Part shown: positions 11,333-24,400 of the stretch, piece after piece
How the letters are laid out: each line of letters begins with the position of its first letter
Numbering within the stretch: the first letter of the stretch is position 1
Origin: Pristiophorus japonicus
Taxonomy: Eukaryota
Assembly (NCBI RefSeq): GCF_044704955.1
Contig: NC_091987.1
Coordinates: 69,068,001 to 69,132,000 of the forward strand
Reading direction: 5' to 3'
Length of the DNA: 64,000 nt
Program-made: the position numbers and the translations under genes
Notes under the pieces: model-generated
Databases searched by the model: none
What the model was told of the DNA's origin: nothing
What the model saw: only the letters and a program-made list of their open reading frames with translations

Positions 11333-14300
11333 GTGCTGGAGTTTCGGTTGTCTAATGCCTCAGTTAGCGGCTAGAGGGGGTGTTAATGGGAGGAAGAGGT
11401 TATCGACTGGGCGCGCAGCATTTAGTGCCCTGGCGGAAAATTCATTAAAGGCTCACCGGGGGTGTAAACCAGTAGCGCCTGGCTGCTGACTATCAGTGCG
11501 ATCCTAACGTCAGTCCTGATGCAACGCTCATGCTTGCGTCCCGGTCGGTAAATTAGGTACGGCTGCCTCAATCAGCGTCTGGAAAACCAGTCGGTACAGG
11601 CATGCAGAGTCGTTAACTGGTGGCTACTTAAAGGGATGAGGATGCGCTTCCCTCAGAGGTCACAGTCAGTGCAACGTTTACACACAGGATGGTGATGAGC
11701 CTCCGAGTTTGCAGCGGTAGACAGACATACCAGTTGAGCTCGAGAGAAACTTACTTCTAAAACTTTAATGGGGGCATTACTAGTTCGCCAGCATCACATT
11801 CTACATGCTCTCTCAATGCGTTGTGAAGAGAGAATGGCTGTTGGCCATGTCTGCAGCAGAAGGAGGAGAGCCCCAAGACGTCGGGGCAGGAGGCCATACC
11901 CCCCACAGCTTTACCGGCGGCAACGCACATACCTGGCCCTGTGCAAGGAACAGTGTGTCAGAAGGCTGAGCTTACGAAAGAGGTAGTTACAGAGATGTGC
12001 CATATCCTGCAGGAAGACCTGCAGCCTCACATTGGCACCAGGAGTGCGCTGCCCGTCGCAGTGAAGCTCTTAGCGGCACTCACCTTCTAGGCTGCATCAG
12101 GGAACATATACAGCGTCTGACAATTCGCAGCACACATTGCTGCATCCGCGACGTCACACAGGCTCTCTACACCCGTTGAATGGACTTCATTACCTTCCCA
12201 ATGAGCAGGGAGAAACAGCATGGGCACACATGTGGGCTTGCAGGAAAGTGGGCTTCCCGAGGGTGCAAGGAGCAATTGACTGCACACACATGGCCTTGCG
12301 AGCACCATTCCAGAATGCAGAGATCTTCAGAAACAGAAAGGGATACCACTCCCTAAATGTGCAGCTGGTGTACGACTACACGCAGCACATCCTCGCAGTC
12401 AATGCTCGCTATCCTGGAAGCACACGTGATGCCTTTATCCTCCGGGAGAGCACTGTGCCACGACTGTTTCAGCGACCACAGAAAGGCTGAGGCTGGCTGC
12501 TCAGGGACAAGGATACGGCCTGACCACCTGGCTAATGATCCCCTCCGCAACCCCACCACAGAGCTGGAGGAACGCTACAACGAGAGCCACACCGCCACCC
12601 GCAACATCATAGAGCAGACAATAGGAGTGCTGAAGCAGCAATTCCGATGCCTGGACCGCTCTGGAGGCAGCCTTCAATACTCCCCTCAACAGGTCTCACT
12701 ATTCATTGTGGTGTGCTGCATGCTGCACAACTTGGCCATTGTGAGGGTCCAGGCTTTGCCAGTGGAGATCACAGAGGGGGTGGTGGTGGGGGGGACAAGG
12801 AGGACCAGGAGTCTGCCGATGCCCTGAATGGAAACGTTCAATGTTCATTTTATTGGGGAAATATCCCTCAAACAACCCAAAACCCCCTCCCACCTCAAAG
12901 AAAGTCCGCTTCATGGCTGCTGTGTGTCTGAGGGAGATGAGACAGATGGCCTAGCCCGATGCGCTGGGTCTAGAAGGCCCGGTTGCTGACAGCACCGCCT
13001 GAGAATGGGTGGCAGCAGAGTTGGATGGCTGGGATGCAGTCCGCGGCAGGTGCAAAGGCGGAATGGCAGTGTTCGGAGCAAGGACATCACGTTCCATGTC
13101 GACCGACGGCCTGCCACTCCCCTGGGCAGAGCCTCACAATCCGGAGCAAAATGGTGGAGCTCAGATTGCTCTCCTACTTCGGCACCGTTAGCTCCCCGTT
13201 GGACTGATGGGGCCCCAGACACGATGGCAGCAGTCCGTGCTTGCGTGGCATTAGTTTTACCCTGCATCCGAGCAGACAGCGCATTGATGCCAGCACGCAC
13301 TGACGACATGGCAGAATGTAGATGTTGCGTGGTTTCGACCTGCCGCTCAATGGCTACTGCCACGTCAGCCATGACCTGCGCCATCATGTCTTGGACCCCA
13401 GGGTCACTAGTGGCCTCCTTCATCCGTTGTAATCTACCAAGGATAGGCTCTTTGGGCTCCCAAAATGCAAGTGCCAAGGTTGAGGCGGCCTCCGTCTCAC
13501 ATTCAATGTAAGTGCATCCACACTCTGTGGGATCCTCGCCAATGCACCCTTGAGCTTGCAGTGCATCTCCATTGACTCCCTGGACATAGCCTCCAAGTCC
13601 AGGTCCTCATCTGCCTGTCTGTGAGAGGGACTCATGGGGCCGACTTACCCTTCGGAGAGCTGGCCCCCGAGCTTCCCCTCGTGCTAGGCGTTGCTGCAGG
13701 CCACTGGGGCCAGGAGCGTAAGGTTCAGCCAATCCTGGGAAGGTGTCCTCTTCCACCGAGGTGCTCTCCCCACTCGTTGCAACTGTGGACGTCTCGCCCT
13801 GTCCCAGCACACTGCTCTCCTCCTCCTCCTTCTCATCTTCCCCGTCGTCTTGAGGACGTCTGCTGACGGGCAGGCTGGCGCTCTTCTAGCTCATCATCTG
13901 TAAGCACAAAGCAACAGAAGTGTGGTTATCAACTGGGGAGGGGGCAGGAAGGCAAGAAGGAAGGGGGGCATCGTTATTTTGGCTGCAACATCTTACAAGA
14001 TATGTGGTCTCGGGGATGCACACAAAACGTCTTTCATTCACATACCGTCACTGTTGAGCAGGAGCTCTCCCTGTCCTCTACCGCCACGACTACAACGCCC
14101 ATGAGGGCGGACACTCGCTCCTCCACGTCGCTCAGGTCCTGGAGGTATGGCTGGCCCTCTCCCCGATGATGCAGCTTGTGCATATTGTGCGCGAGTTTGG
14201 CCTGCAATGACAAAACCAATATTTGTTAGTGGCTGTATAGATGCTGGTGTGTCACATGTGTCTGCAGTAGTGTACTCGCGAGTAATATGGCGAAGGTTAC

Positions 14301-15186
14301 GTATCTGCATTTCATCCTGCGTGACATCGCACAGTGGACATGTGAACGGTGAGTCTGGGGCACAAGCAACTACCAGTAAGTATGAGGCTCAGGACTGGGA
14401 CCGTATATGAAGAGTTGAAAGGTGCTGGTAGGTGGGCTCAGGCTGAGTAAGGAGCTATAAGGTGAGAGACGCTTGGATGGGCTGGGCATGTCTGGTGAGG
14501 TGATGGAGAGGTCTCTGGCTGGCTGCAGCAAGGAGGAGCATGGCCTGGTAGATATAGAGAAGGGGTAGGCACTGCAGAGTCTTTACATTGTGTGAGAGAG
14601 TGAGGTTCACGTGAAGGCATTGGAAGGTGAATGGAAAGGGTACTCACCCCGACGATCCTAGTAAAGCTGTTGAATCTATTGCGACATTGGGTCGCTGTTG
14701 TGGGCACCACGCTCCAGGCTGCAACATGCTCAGCCACCTCCCTCCAGAGCTTTGTCAAATCCCGAGGCGCTGGCATTCATTCCCTCCAGGCTGGAGGGCA
14801 CTCCAGCAACTCTCCACTGCCTCCAGCAAGGCATCCAGGACGGTGGGTGAGAAGTGGGTAGATAGCTGCCGTCCTCTTTGCTCCTCCACTGTCGTGCTCT
14901 GAAGACACAGGAGCTGGAACTGCGCGAACTTGAATTGTCGCGCCTTTAAGACTCGGCTGTTCCTGGAGACTAACTCTGCGTTCCCCCCATGCGCAATGGG
15001 TCCGCCAAATTTACGGATCGAACTTTTGTTATCGTCCCTCCAGCTGTAGTGTGCAACAGCTAATTTAGTGCCACTGTCAGCTCTTCAACCGAATCTGCCG
15101 AATTTCTCGGCGGTAGGCGCAAACATTTTCAAAGCGCTAAAATTACCGCTCCGCCTCGATTGAGACACGACTGAATTTCTCCCCCC
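11333..15186. mobile_element. Near-complete degenerate Harbinger transposon: transposase pseudogene (+, 11768-12830) convergent with a spliced Myb/SANT-like gene (-, ~14890-12910)
   Basis: GFPRVQGAIDCTH, NRKGYHSLNVQLV, HTATRNIIEQTIGVLK..FRCL and CCMLHNL motifs over frameshifts. Minus ORF has LWREVAEHV...TATQCRNRFNS. Imperfect TIRs: GTGCTGGAGTTTCGGT and rc GGGGGAGAAATTCAGT. Confidence 0.9.
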
Positions 15187-15273
15187 AAACTTTTATATAG
15201 CGCTTTTCATGACGTCAGGATGTCCCAAAGCGCTTCACAGCCAATGAAGTACTTTTGAAGTGCAGTCACTGTT

Positions 15274-16250
15274 CATCATAGGCAGTCCCTCGAAATCAAG
15301 GAAGACTTGCTTCCACTCTAAAAGTGAGTTCTTAGGTGACTGAACAGTCCAATTTGGGAATTACAGTCTCTGTCTGTCCCACCTGTGACAGTCATTGAAA
15401 GAAAGGGTGGGTGGGACTGGTTTGCCGCACGCTCCTTCCGCTGTCTGCACGTTTTCTGCATGCTCTCGGCGACGAGACTCGGGGGCTCAGCGCCCTCCCG
15501 GATGCTCTTCTTCCACTTAGGATGGCCTTTGGCCAGGGACTCCCAGATGTTGGTGGGGATGTTGCATTTTATCAAGGAGGCTTTGAGAGTGTCCTTGAAA
15601 CGTTTCCTCTGCCCACCTGAGGCTCGCTTGCCGTGTAGGAGTTCTGAGTAGAATGCTTGCTTTGGGAGTCTTGTGTCAGGCATGTGGACAATGTGGCCCG
15701 CCCAACGGAGCTGGTCGAGTGTGGTCGGTGCTTCGATACTGGGGATGTTAGCCTGAAAGAGGACACTCTTTGGGGGAGAAATTCGGTCGTGCTTCAGTCG
15801 GGGCGGAAACCCAGGCGGAGCGGCAATTTTAGCGCCTTGAAAAAGTTTGCGCCTACCACCGAGAAATTCGGTTGAAGAGCTGACAGGGGCGCTAAATTAG
15901 CTGTTGCACACTACAGCTGGGGGGACGATATAGAAAGTTTGATCCGTAAATTTGGTGGAACCATTGCGCATGCGGGGAACTCAAGTTAGACTCCAGGAAC
16001 AGCCGAGTCTTAAAAGCGCGGCAATTCAAGTCTGCGCAGTTCCAGCTCCTGTGTCTTCAGAGCGTGAAAATGGAGGAGCAAAGAGGAGGCAACATTAGTG
16101 CACCTGTTCTCGGGATTTGCAGGATCTTGCGGATACAACGCTGGTGGTATTTCCCCAGCGATTTGTGGTGTCTACTGTATATAGTCCACGTCTCTAAGCC
16201 ATACAGGAGGGCGGGGTATCACTACAGCCCTGTAGACCATAAGCTTGGTG
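15274..16250 (-). mobile_element. RTE-clade (BovB-like) LINE 3' fragment
   Basis: Minus ORF MPDTRLPKQAFYSELLHGKRASGGQRKRFKDTLK...IGLFSHLRTH; same family as 62520-64000. Confidence 0.9.
15772..16087 (+). mobile_element. Truncated Harbinger end (TIR and subterminal region) inserted in the RTE fragment
   Basis: Diverged reverse complement of 14873-15186. Confidence 0.85.
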
Positions 16251-17874
16251 TTATGGTACTGTTGTAAGTCACTGCTGCGTGCAAATTGGCTGCCATGTTT
16301 CCTACCTTACAACAATGTGACAATGACCAGATAATCTGTATCTTAGTGATGTTGATTGAGAGATAAATACTAGCCCTAGGATATTTAGCAAAAAGAGTTC
16401 ACATGAAGTGATCAAAAGCATAATGACTATTAGTATAAGGACTTGCTTTTGACTGGCTGAAATCAACTCAATTTATTCTTCTGACGATTAGACGAGTGCT
16501 ATCACGGCGGAAGGGGGGTGGGGGGGGGGGAACTATATGTAAAACTTTAAAAACAAAACTCAATTTCTATTTCAATTGAAATTGCAGGGTATCAATCTAA
16601 CACTGCAATTCACATTACTGTACCATGATCGGTTATGTTCTACAATGATCATGATAACATTTTCGTGGTCCTGGAGAGCACATGGACTATCACATTCAAT
16701 AGGAATTTGAATATCGACAACGTCGTATCCAATTTCATCCAACTTTTTAAACGACTTAGTTTACTTGGGACATGGTGTCAGATTCCAATTCTCTTACTAG
16801 GTATGGTTACAACTTAAACCTTTTATTGTGTCCAACCAAGTCTCAACACACACGATGTCTCTAAGCAGTAGTCATACAGAGAAATAAATGTAATTACCCT
16901 GTTTTTCCTCTAAGTAGAGACATAACCACCATCGAACCTTTCGTTCTTGTGTCTCTCTTCAAATTGTGAAGAACAGCTCAAGATCTTTATAGGCCTCCAG
17001 TCATACACACTCATCCTTATTGTGATAAATGTTATTGTAAACAAGACACCCAGAAATTAGGTAATTTCTGACACAACATCAGATGCTAACTTTTTGGGTC
17101 TCTCATCCTGCTTCCTGTCTCAAGGCTGTCCTATCTTTATGTATAGGCAAAGATTAGTCAATAGGCATGAACCATACATCCTGTACATCTCAGAAAACAA
17201 ACAGCAGTCAGATAAATTGTGAAATAATGCACTAAATCTTGAAATATCCTGGGACTGAACAACTTTAATCATTTAATTATTTCTAGCTACAGTGCGAATC
17301 CACAAGTTAAAAGAAAACAAAAACCTTAATTATGAGATTAAACCAAACCCTAATCCTCTCTCTATATATATCATATATATATATATGAATAGGGTATCTT
17401 ACACATCGTATGAGCTACTTTTGATGGGTTACGGTCATTCTTGCAGATCCTGCAAGGCAGAGGCCCTAAGGTTAGTTGGTGCATCTCCTGCAAATCTTAA
17501 AGGCCGAGGGTGAATGGGTTATCTCTTCAGCCTTGGGGCTTGTCTAGAAACAACTATGATATAGTCTTCACTGATGTCATTGGCGTGGCAGCAAATCTAA
17601 TGGTAGCATAGAGTAGCTGCATTACACAGCGCCCAACAACAGGAGCATGGCTACAATGAGCAGGGCTAATCGTGCTGTTCCTCAGGTTGGCAACACCTCT
17701 GGTCCCTCCTGCCAGGTCTCTTCAATGCTTGCACAAATAGCAGAAAGTTCATTGGACCAGGCCTAGCCAGACTGAAGTGAAGGCGACAGAGCCTGCCTCT
17801 GTGATACTTCCAATGTCAGCTGCAAAAAAACAGCTTAATCCACAAAACTCTTGTATACACACAGCTGCCAGCCT

Positions 17875-18085
17875 GGTCTTCTTTGAAATAGTGCCATAGG
17901 ATCTTTGACGTCCACCTGAGAAGGCAGACAGGACTTCGGTTTAATGTCTCATCTGAAAGACAGCACCTTCAACAGCACTCCTTCAGTACCACATTGAAAT
18001 GTCAGCCTAGTTTAAGTCTCCGGAGTGGGAAATAAACTCACAACCTTCTGACTCAGGCAAGAGTGCTATCTCTGATCCAATGCTA
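17875..18085 (-). mobile_element. Deu-domain SINE fragment
   Basis: GAAATAGTGCCATAGGATCTTTGACGTCCACCTGAGAAGGCAGAC...GTTTAATGTCTCATCTGAAAGAC core. Confidence 0.65.
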
Positions 18086-20082
18086 AGAAAGATGGACTAT
18101 CATATGCTGATGTAGGCACTGAGCCAATCTCTGAGGATGTTCAGCAACTAACGGGTGTGAGTCTTGGGTTTACAACTATCCTTTGAAGTTGCATTTCAAA
18201 AGCGTTATCTTCCTCGCAGCCACCAATGGAGCAAGTGGCAACTTTATTGGAATCTGCTGCAGATCTCCAGCTATGAAATGGCCAGGGACAAGTCAGGGCC
18301 TCCATCGCTCTGGCAGCACAGGCTGTGGCTCTGAAGGAACTGGGGGGGAAAGAATGGCGAGTAGCACGAATCGCAGCTTCTAGACCATGGCAACCACTGT
18401 GTCTCAGGCCTTTTGGGATATGATAGCTTCCGTTAGACCAGTCAGCTTGCTGATCAGTTGGGTCACAGATCCAGAGCCCAGTGGAAGGATGATGACTAGA
18501 GTCTACCTGCCTGATGTTGTCATCTCTTAGGACAACAGTATACATCGAGACTCCGGCCTTTCCCCTCAGAGCACCATACCAGTGGAACGTCAGGCTCTCC
18601 GAGAGTAAGCACCAGAAATACAGCCAGTAGCACTTACCCAAAAGACGGTGGTCACCTCAGTGCCATGACCTTTTTGTAGAGTATAAGCAGCTAACCACCT
18701 CCTGTGCTTCAGGCCCTTTCCACCTTGAAAAAGCATGAGAATAGATTAAATAAAAAGGCACCTATAGGCACCCAGGGAAGGGTGGTGTTAAGAGTAGTTT
18801 GATTGTGGGCACTTTGGAATTCACTGTTATAAAACAGAACGTGCACTGACATGGTGCTTTGTTATTGATGGAGATTAAAGTCATGCAGGAAAATGTTCTG
18901 GTGCTCTGGTCCCGAGAGAAGCAAGTGCAGGTGATTACAGGCAGAATGGAAAAACATGCTCTCAAAAAGCATTTCCATAACTGCAGAAATCAGTGACCCA
19001 CATCTCCAGACTCTATCTTCTCCCTTTCCCCTGTATCAGCTGATCCTGGCAATTACTGCACCCCATAATTCTCAGACCAAGTTACCAGGAGTGCACGAGC
19101 AGTGCAAACCCAGGAAACTCACCGCTGCTTTGTCAGTGGCTCTCACTCTGACATATGCAAATGAGGCCAGTGTGGACTTGGCAGGCGGTTGTGGGAAGGC
19201 TCAAAAGCCACGAGAAAACTCGGGAGCAGCGCTTTAAAGGCGCACAAGCATCAGAAACTAATTGCACCTAAATTTCCTCGCTAAAAAAAATTCCACACGG
19301 TTTATACACCATTAATGCACTGAAAACAGAGGAAATTCATTCCCAATATTTATTTCTTCCCTTCCAAGCAATCATGTGTTGTCTCCCTTTTACGTTTGCC
19401 TTGTTTAAGAGCATTAGTATCTGTCTTTTCAGTTGTACTTCTGGATTGGAACCTAACCTCAGCCTCCTGAGCTAATTTGACTGCACTTTCTCTTTTCAAG
19501 GTTACCTTGGGCTTGCTTTATGAAGCTTGTCCCTTCAAGCACAATTTTTCACTTAAATAATAGTTCGGAATTGTCTTCGGGTTGTTGCTCAGATTTGACC
19601 TCAAGTGGCATTCTCAGAAAACAACCAGGTTTTGTCTTCTCCATGACCCTGAGGGGGCCTGATATTGCCATCTCTTAGGACAACAGTATACCTCGAGACT
19701 CTGGCCTTTCCCCTCAGAGCACCATACCAGTGGAACATCTGGCTGCCCGGGAGTAAACACCAGAAATACAGGCAGTAGCACTTCCCCAAAAGACAGGGGT
19801 GACCTCAGTGCCATGACCTTTTTATAGAATATAAGCAGCTAACCACTTCCTGTACTTCAGGCCCTTTGCACATTAACCAATAGTGTTGTTTAGCAGAATT
19901 CAATAAATGCTAACATGGTTACTGAGGGACAGTATTTTTGTTACAATAACAAAACTGAGACAAGAGATCAAGTTGTAACCTTTGGGGAAAATGTGCTTTG
20001 CTTGAACTAAGATCAATCTCCCTTCATAGAACTACAGAACCATTGGGGGTTATTAACGCAGAAGGAGGCCATTCGGTCCAAC

Positions 20083-20539
20083 CGGCTTGATTTTCGGGTG
20101 GTTTGCAACCGGGTTTTCACCGCGTTTTGACCCTCCGCGGTGAAAACCCGGTCGCTAAGCCCGGTTAGGATCGGACTTGTAACGACTTGGATTGCGTTAC
20201 CGTCCAGCAGCAGTAAGTTGGAAAACCTGAAAAAAAGGTAAGTTAAAGTTTTTATTTTTTTTGCAACGATTTGTTGGTTAAGGGCCTTGGTAATGTTTTT
20301 TGAATTTTTTTTCCCCACCCCTCCCATGGCCTCTCTCGCAGCGCTCCCGGTCCCGCACTAAAGTAGGCGAGGATCACGTTTTTGCCCCCCGAGTAATTGT
20401 GCAACACTTCCCTTTGCGACCTGGCGCCGACACCAAGTGCCGAAAGTTAGGCCTTAAATCGGTAACGCAGCGAAAACGGTAATTTTCACGTACCGCTTAC
20501 ATTTTCGCCCAAAAATGGAGAAACCCGAAAATCCAGCCC
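20083..20539. mobile_element. Non-autonomous Harbinger-like MITE
   Basis: TIRs CGGCTTGATTTTCGGGT and rc GGGCTGGATTTTCGGGT; a related fragment lies at ~33170-33380. Confidence 0.75.
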
Positions 20540-20606
20540 ATAGTGTTTGTGTTGCCTCTTAGCTAGAGCATTCCAAAACTAATCTCACTGCCCCGCTGCT
20601 CTTATA

Positions 20607-21344
20607 GGGCTCAAAATTGGCCCCTGCCGATTTTTGGCGCACTCACCCAAGGTGCGGCGCTTTTGTCCGCCTCCAAGCGCGCCGAAAATCTTCCTCTCGA
20701 CTTTGACCGCTGTCCGGCCTCTCCTCGGCGGTGGCGTACCGTGGCCAGTGGATTGGGGGCGGAGCCAGCGTCCCGGCGCTGAAAACAGCTGGGACATCTG
20801 CACATGCGCGTTAGAATGTGCGTGCATGCGCAGTAGCTCCTCGCCCCCAGCGCGTCCTGCAGCCTGTGAGAGGGACCCGATGCTCGCAGTTGCCGCCCCT
20901 ATCCCTGGCCGAGTGGTCTCTGGTCGTCCCGCCCCTATCCCTGGCCGAGTGGTCAGATGATGGTAGGACTTCTATTTTTTATTTGTTATTGAATGCTTAT
21001 TTTTGTGCTTTGTTTAGTGCTTTGTAAGTCTTGGTGCTTTAGAATGTACTTACCTGCGCCAATTTCGTAAATCTCTGCAAGGGTTTTCTGAAGTGGGCAG
21101 AGACACTGGTGTAAGTAGATTTGGAGTAATTATTAGCTGGCCAAAGTGGCCTAAATGCCCAAAACTGGCGTAGGTGGCTGGTAACACCCCCTTTTGTCAG
21201 AAAAAAAATGAAACTAAAAAAAATCCTAACTAACTCACTTACATCGACTCAAATTGAATGTGCAAAATGGGGATTTTTAAGATACTCCAGAAAAATCAAG
21301 TTGCTCCAAAAAAACCGGAGCAACTCCTGTCCAAAATTGAGTCC
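20607..21344. mobile_element. Non-autonomous Harbinger-like MITE
   Basis: TIRs GGGCTCAAAATTGG and rc GGACTCAATTTTGG; subterminal sequence related to 27851-30110. Confidence 0.75.
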
Positions 21345-21464
21345 GTAGCGTCTATCTTTCACTGCTTCAAATATTTATTCAATTTTCCCTTAAAAGATGC
21401 AATCACTCCCTATGGCAAAGTATTCTATGCTCCAACTATCTGCTGCATAAAGACATGTAGAAGT

Positions 21465-24400
21465 AGAAAGAAATAGAAAGGTGACGTCATAGCCAAGGGG
21501 GTAAGTGATTGGCTGGTGATTGGTGAGTAGTTTTTCTTTTTTCTCTTCTATATCAGTAAGTAACCTGTTAACACTGTTGTTGCCAATTTAAGTGTATTTA
21601 AGGGTTAAGTCATGGCAGGAGAGCTCGGTCACATGATATGCTCCTCCTGTACCATGTGGGAACTCAGGGACACTTCCGCTGTCCCTGACGACTACGTGTG
21701 TGGGAAGTGTATCCGCCTCCAGCTCCTGACGGTCCATGTTGCGGAATTGGAGCTGAGGGTGGATTCACTCTGGAGCATCCACGATGCTGAGAATGACGTG
21801 AGTAGCACGTGTAGCGAGTTGATCTTACCGCAGGTGAAGGGTCGACAGCCAGTTAGGGAATGGAAGGCCAGCAGGAAGAGCAGTGCAAGGAAGGTAGTGC
21901 AGGGGTCCCCTGCGGTCATCCCCCTGCAAAAGAGATACACCACTTTGAGTACTGTTGAGGAGGATGATTCATCAAGGGAGGGCAGCGGCAGCCAAGTTCA
22001 TGGCACCGTGGCTGGCTCTGCTGCACAGGAGGGCAGGAAAAAGTGTGGGAGAGCGATAGTGATAGGGGATTCAATTGTAAGGGGAATAGATAGGCGTTTC
22101 TGCGGCCGCAACCGAGACTCCAGGATGGTATGTTGCCTCCCTGGTGCAAGGGTCAAGGATGTCTCAGAGCGGGTGCAGGACATTCTGAAAAGGGAGGGTG
22201 AACAGCCAGTTGTTGTGGTGCACATTGGTACCAACGATATAGGTAAAAAAAGGGATGAGGTCCTACGAGAAGAATTTAAGTAGCTAGGAGCTAAATTAAA
22301 AAGTAGGACCTCAAAAGTAGTAATCTTGGATTGCTACCAATGCCACGTGCTAGTCAGAGTAGGAATCGTAGGATAGCTCAGATGAATACGTGGCTTGAGC
22401 AGTGGTGCAGCAGGGAGGGATTCAAATTCCTGGGGGAGGAGTTAAACTAATATAGCAGCGGGATGGGAACCAATGTAGGGAGACAGAGGGAAACAAAATG
22501 GAGACAGAAGCAAAAGACAGAAAGGAGATGAGTAAAAGTGGAGGGCAGAGAAACCCAAGGCAAAAAACAAAAAGGGCCACTGTAAGCAAAATTCTAAAGG
22601 GTCAAAGTGTAATAAAACGGCAAGCATGAAAGCTCGGTGCCTCAATGCGAGGAGTATTCGGAACCCAGGAGAGGGCTCTGAGCTAGTTAGAGTGGGTGAG
22701 AGCTCAGATGAACAGGACCCCAAGAAAGAATGCAAAAGGCAGGAGACAACAGAGCAGAGCAGCACTGGGGTAAGTGTAAACCACAACGTGATAGGAAGGG
22801 ACAATATGTATGAATATAAAGGGGCTGCAGAAGGGGTCAAAACTAAAAATCATGGTTTAAAAACTAGTATTAAAACACTAGTACCTAAACGCACGCAGCA
22901 TTCGAAATAAAGTAAATGAGTTGACGGCACAAATCATTACAAATGGGTATGATTTGGTGGCCATTACAGAAACGTGGTTGCAGGGTGGCCAAGACTGGGA
23001 ATTAAACATACAGGGGTATCTGACAATTCAGAAGGATAAACAAGAAGGAAAAGGAGGTGGGGTAGTTCTGTTAATAAAGGATGATATCAGGGCAGTTGTG
23101 AGAGATGATATTGGCTCTAATGAACAAAATGTTGAATCATTGTGGGTGGAGATTAAAGTCACTGGTGGGTGTAGTTTATAGGCCCCCAAATAATAACTTC
23201 ACGGTGGGGCGGACAATAATCAAGGGAATAATGGAGGCATGTGAAAAAGGAACGGCAGTAATCATGGGGGATTTTAACCTACATATCGATTGGTCAAATC
23301 AAATCGCACGGGGTAGCCTTGAGGAGGAATTCATAGAATGCATACGGGATTGTTTCTTACAACAGTATGTTACAGAACCTACAAGGGAGCAAGCTATCTT
23401 AGATCTGGTCCTGTGTAATGAGACAGGAATAATAAACGATCTCCGAGAAAAAGATCCTCTCGGAATGAGTGATCACAGTATGGTTGAATTTATAATACAG
23501 ATTGAGGGTGAGGAATTAGTGTCTCAAATGAGCGTACTATGCTTAAACAAAGGGGACTACAGTGGGATGATGGCAGAGTTGGCTAAAGTAGTCTGGAAAC
23601 ACAGACTAAACGGTGGCACAATTGAGGAACAGTGGAGGACTTTTAAGGAGCTCTTTCATGGTGCTCAACAAAAATATATTCCAGTGAAAAAGAAGGGTGG
23701 TAAGAGAAGGGATAACCAGCCGTGGATAACCAAGGAAATAAAGGAGAGTATCAAATTAAAAACCAATGTGTATAAGGTGGCCAAGGTTAGTGGGAAACTA
23801 GAAGATTGGGAAAATTTTAAACGACAGCAAAGAATGACTAAGAAAGTAATAAAGAAAGGAAAGATAGATTACGAAAGTAAACTTGCGCAAAACATAAAAA
23901 CAGATAGTAAAAGCTTTTACCGATATATAAAACGGAAAAGAGTGACTAAAGTAAATGTTGGTCCCTTAGAAGATGAGAAGGGGGATTTAATAATGGGAAA
24001 TGTGGAAATGGCTGAGACCTTAAACAATTATTTTGCTTCAGTCTTCACAGTGGAAGACACAAAAACCATGCCAAAAATTGCTGGTCACGGGAATGTAGGA
24101 AGGGAGGACCTTGAGACAATCACTATCACTAGGGGGGTAGTGCTGGACAGGCTAATGGGACTCAAGGTAGACAAGTCCCCTGGTCCTGATGAAATGCATC
24201 CCAGGGTATTAAAAGAGATGGTGGAAGTTATATCAGATGCATTCGTTATAATCTACCAAAATTCTCTGGACTCTGGGGAGGTAACAGCAGATTGGAAAGC
24301 AGCTAATGTAACGCCTCTGTTTAAAAAAGGGGGTAGACAAAAGGCAGGTAACTATAAGCCGGTTAGTTTAACATCTGTAGTGGGGAAAATGCTTGAAGCT

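Larger units (their letters stand above)
15188..16380 (-). mobile_element. Deu-domain (SacSINE/AmnSINE-like) SINE interrupted by RTE and Harbinger pieces
   Basis: AAAGCGCTTCACAGCCAATGAAGTACTTTTGAAGTG at 15228-15262, continuing as GACCAGATAATCTG...GTGATGTTG at ~16325. Family recognised from memory of the Deu domain. Confidence 0.65.

Noticed and set aside
11768-12827. Host HARBI1 gene
   Set aside because: Frameshifts and stops, flanking TIRs and a paired Myb gene show it is a transposon pseudogene.
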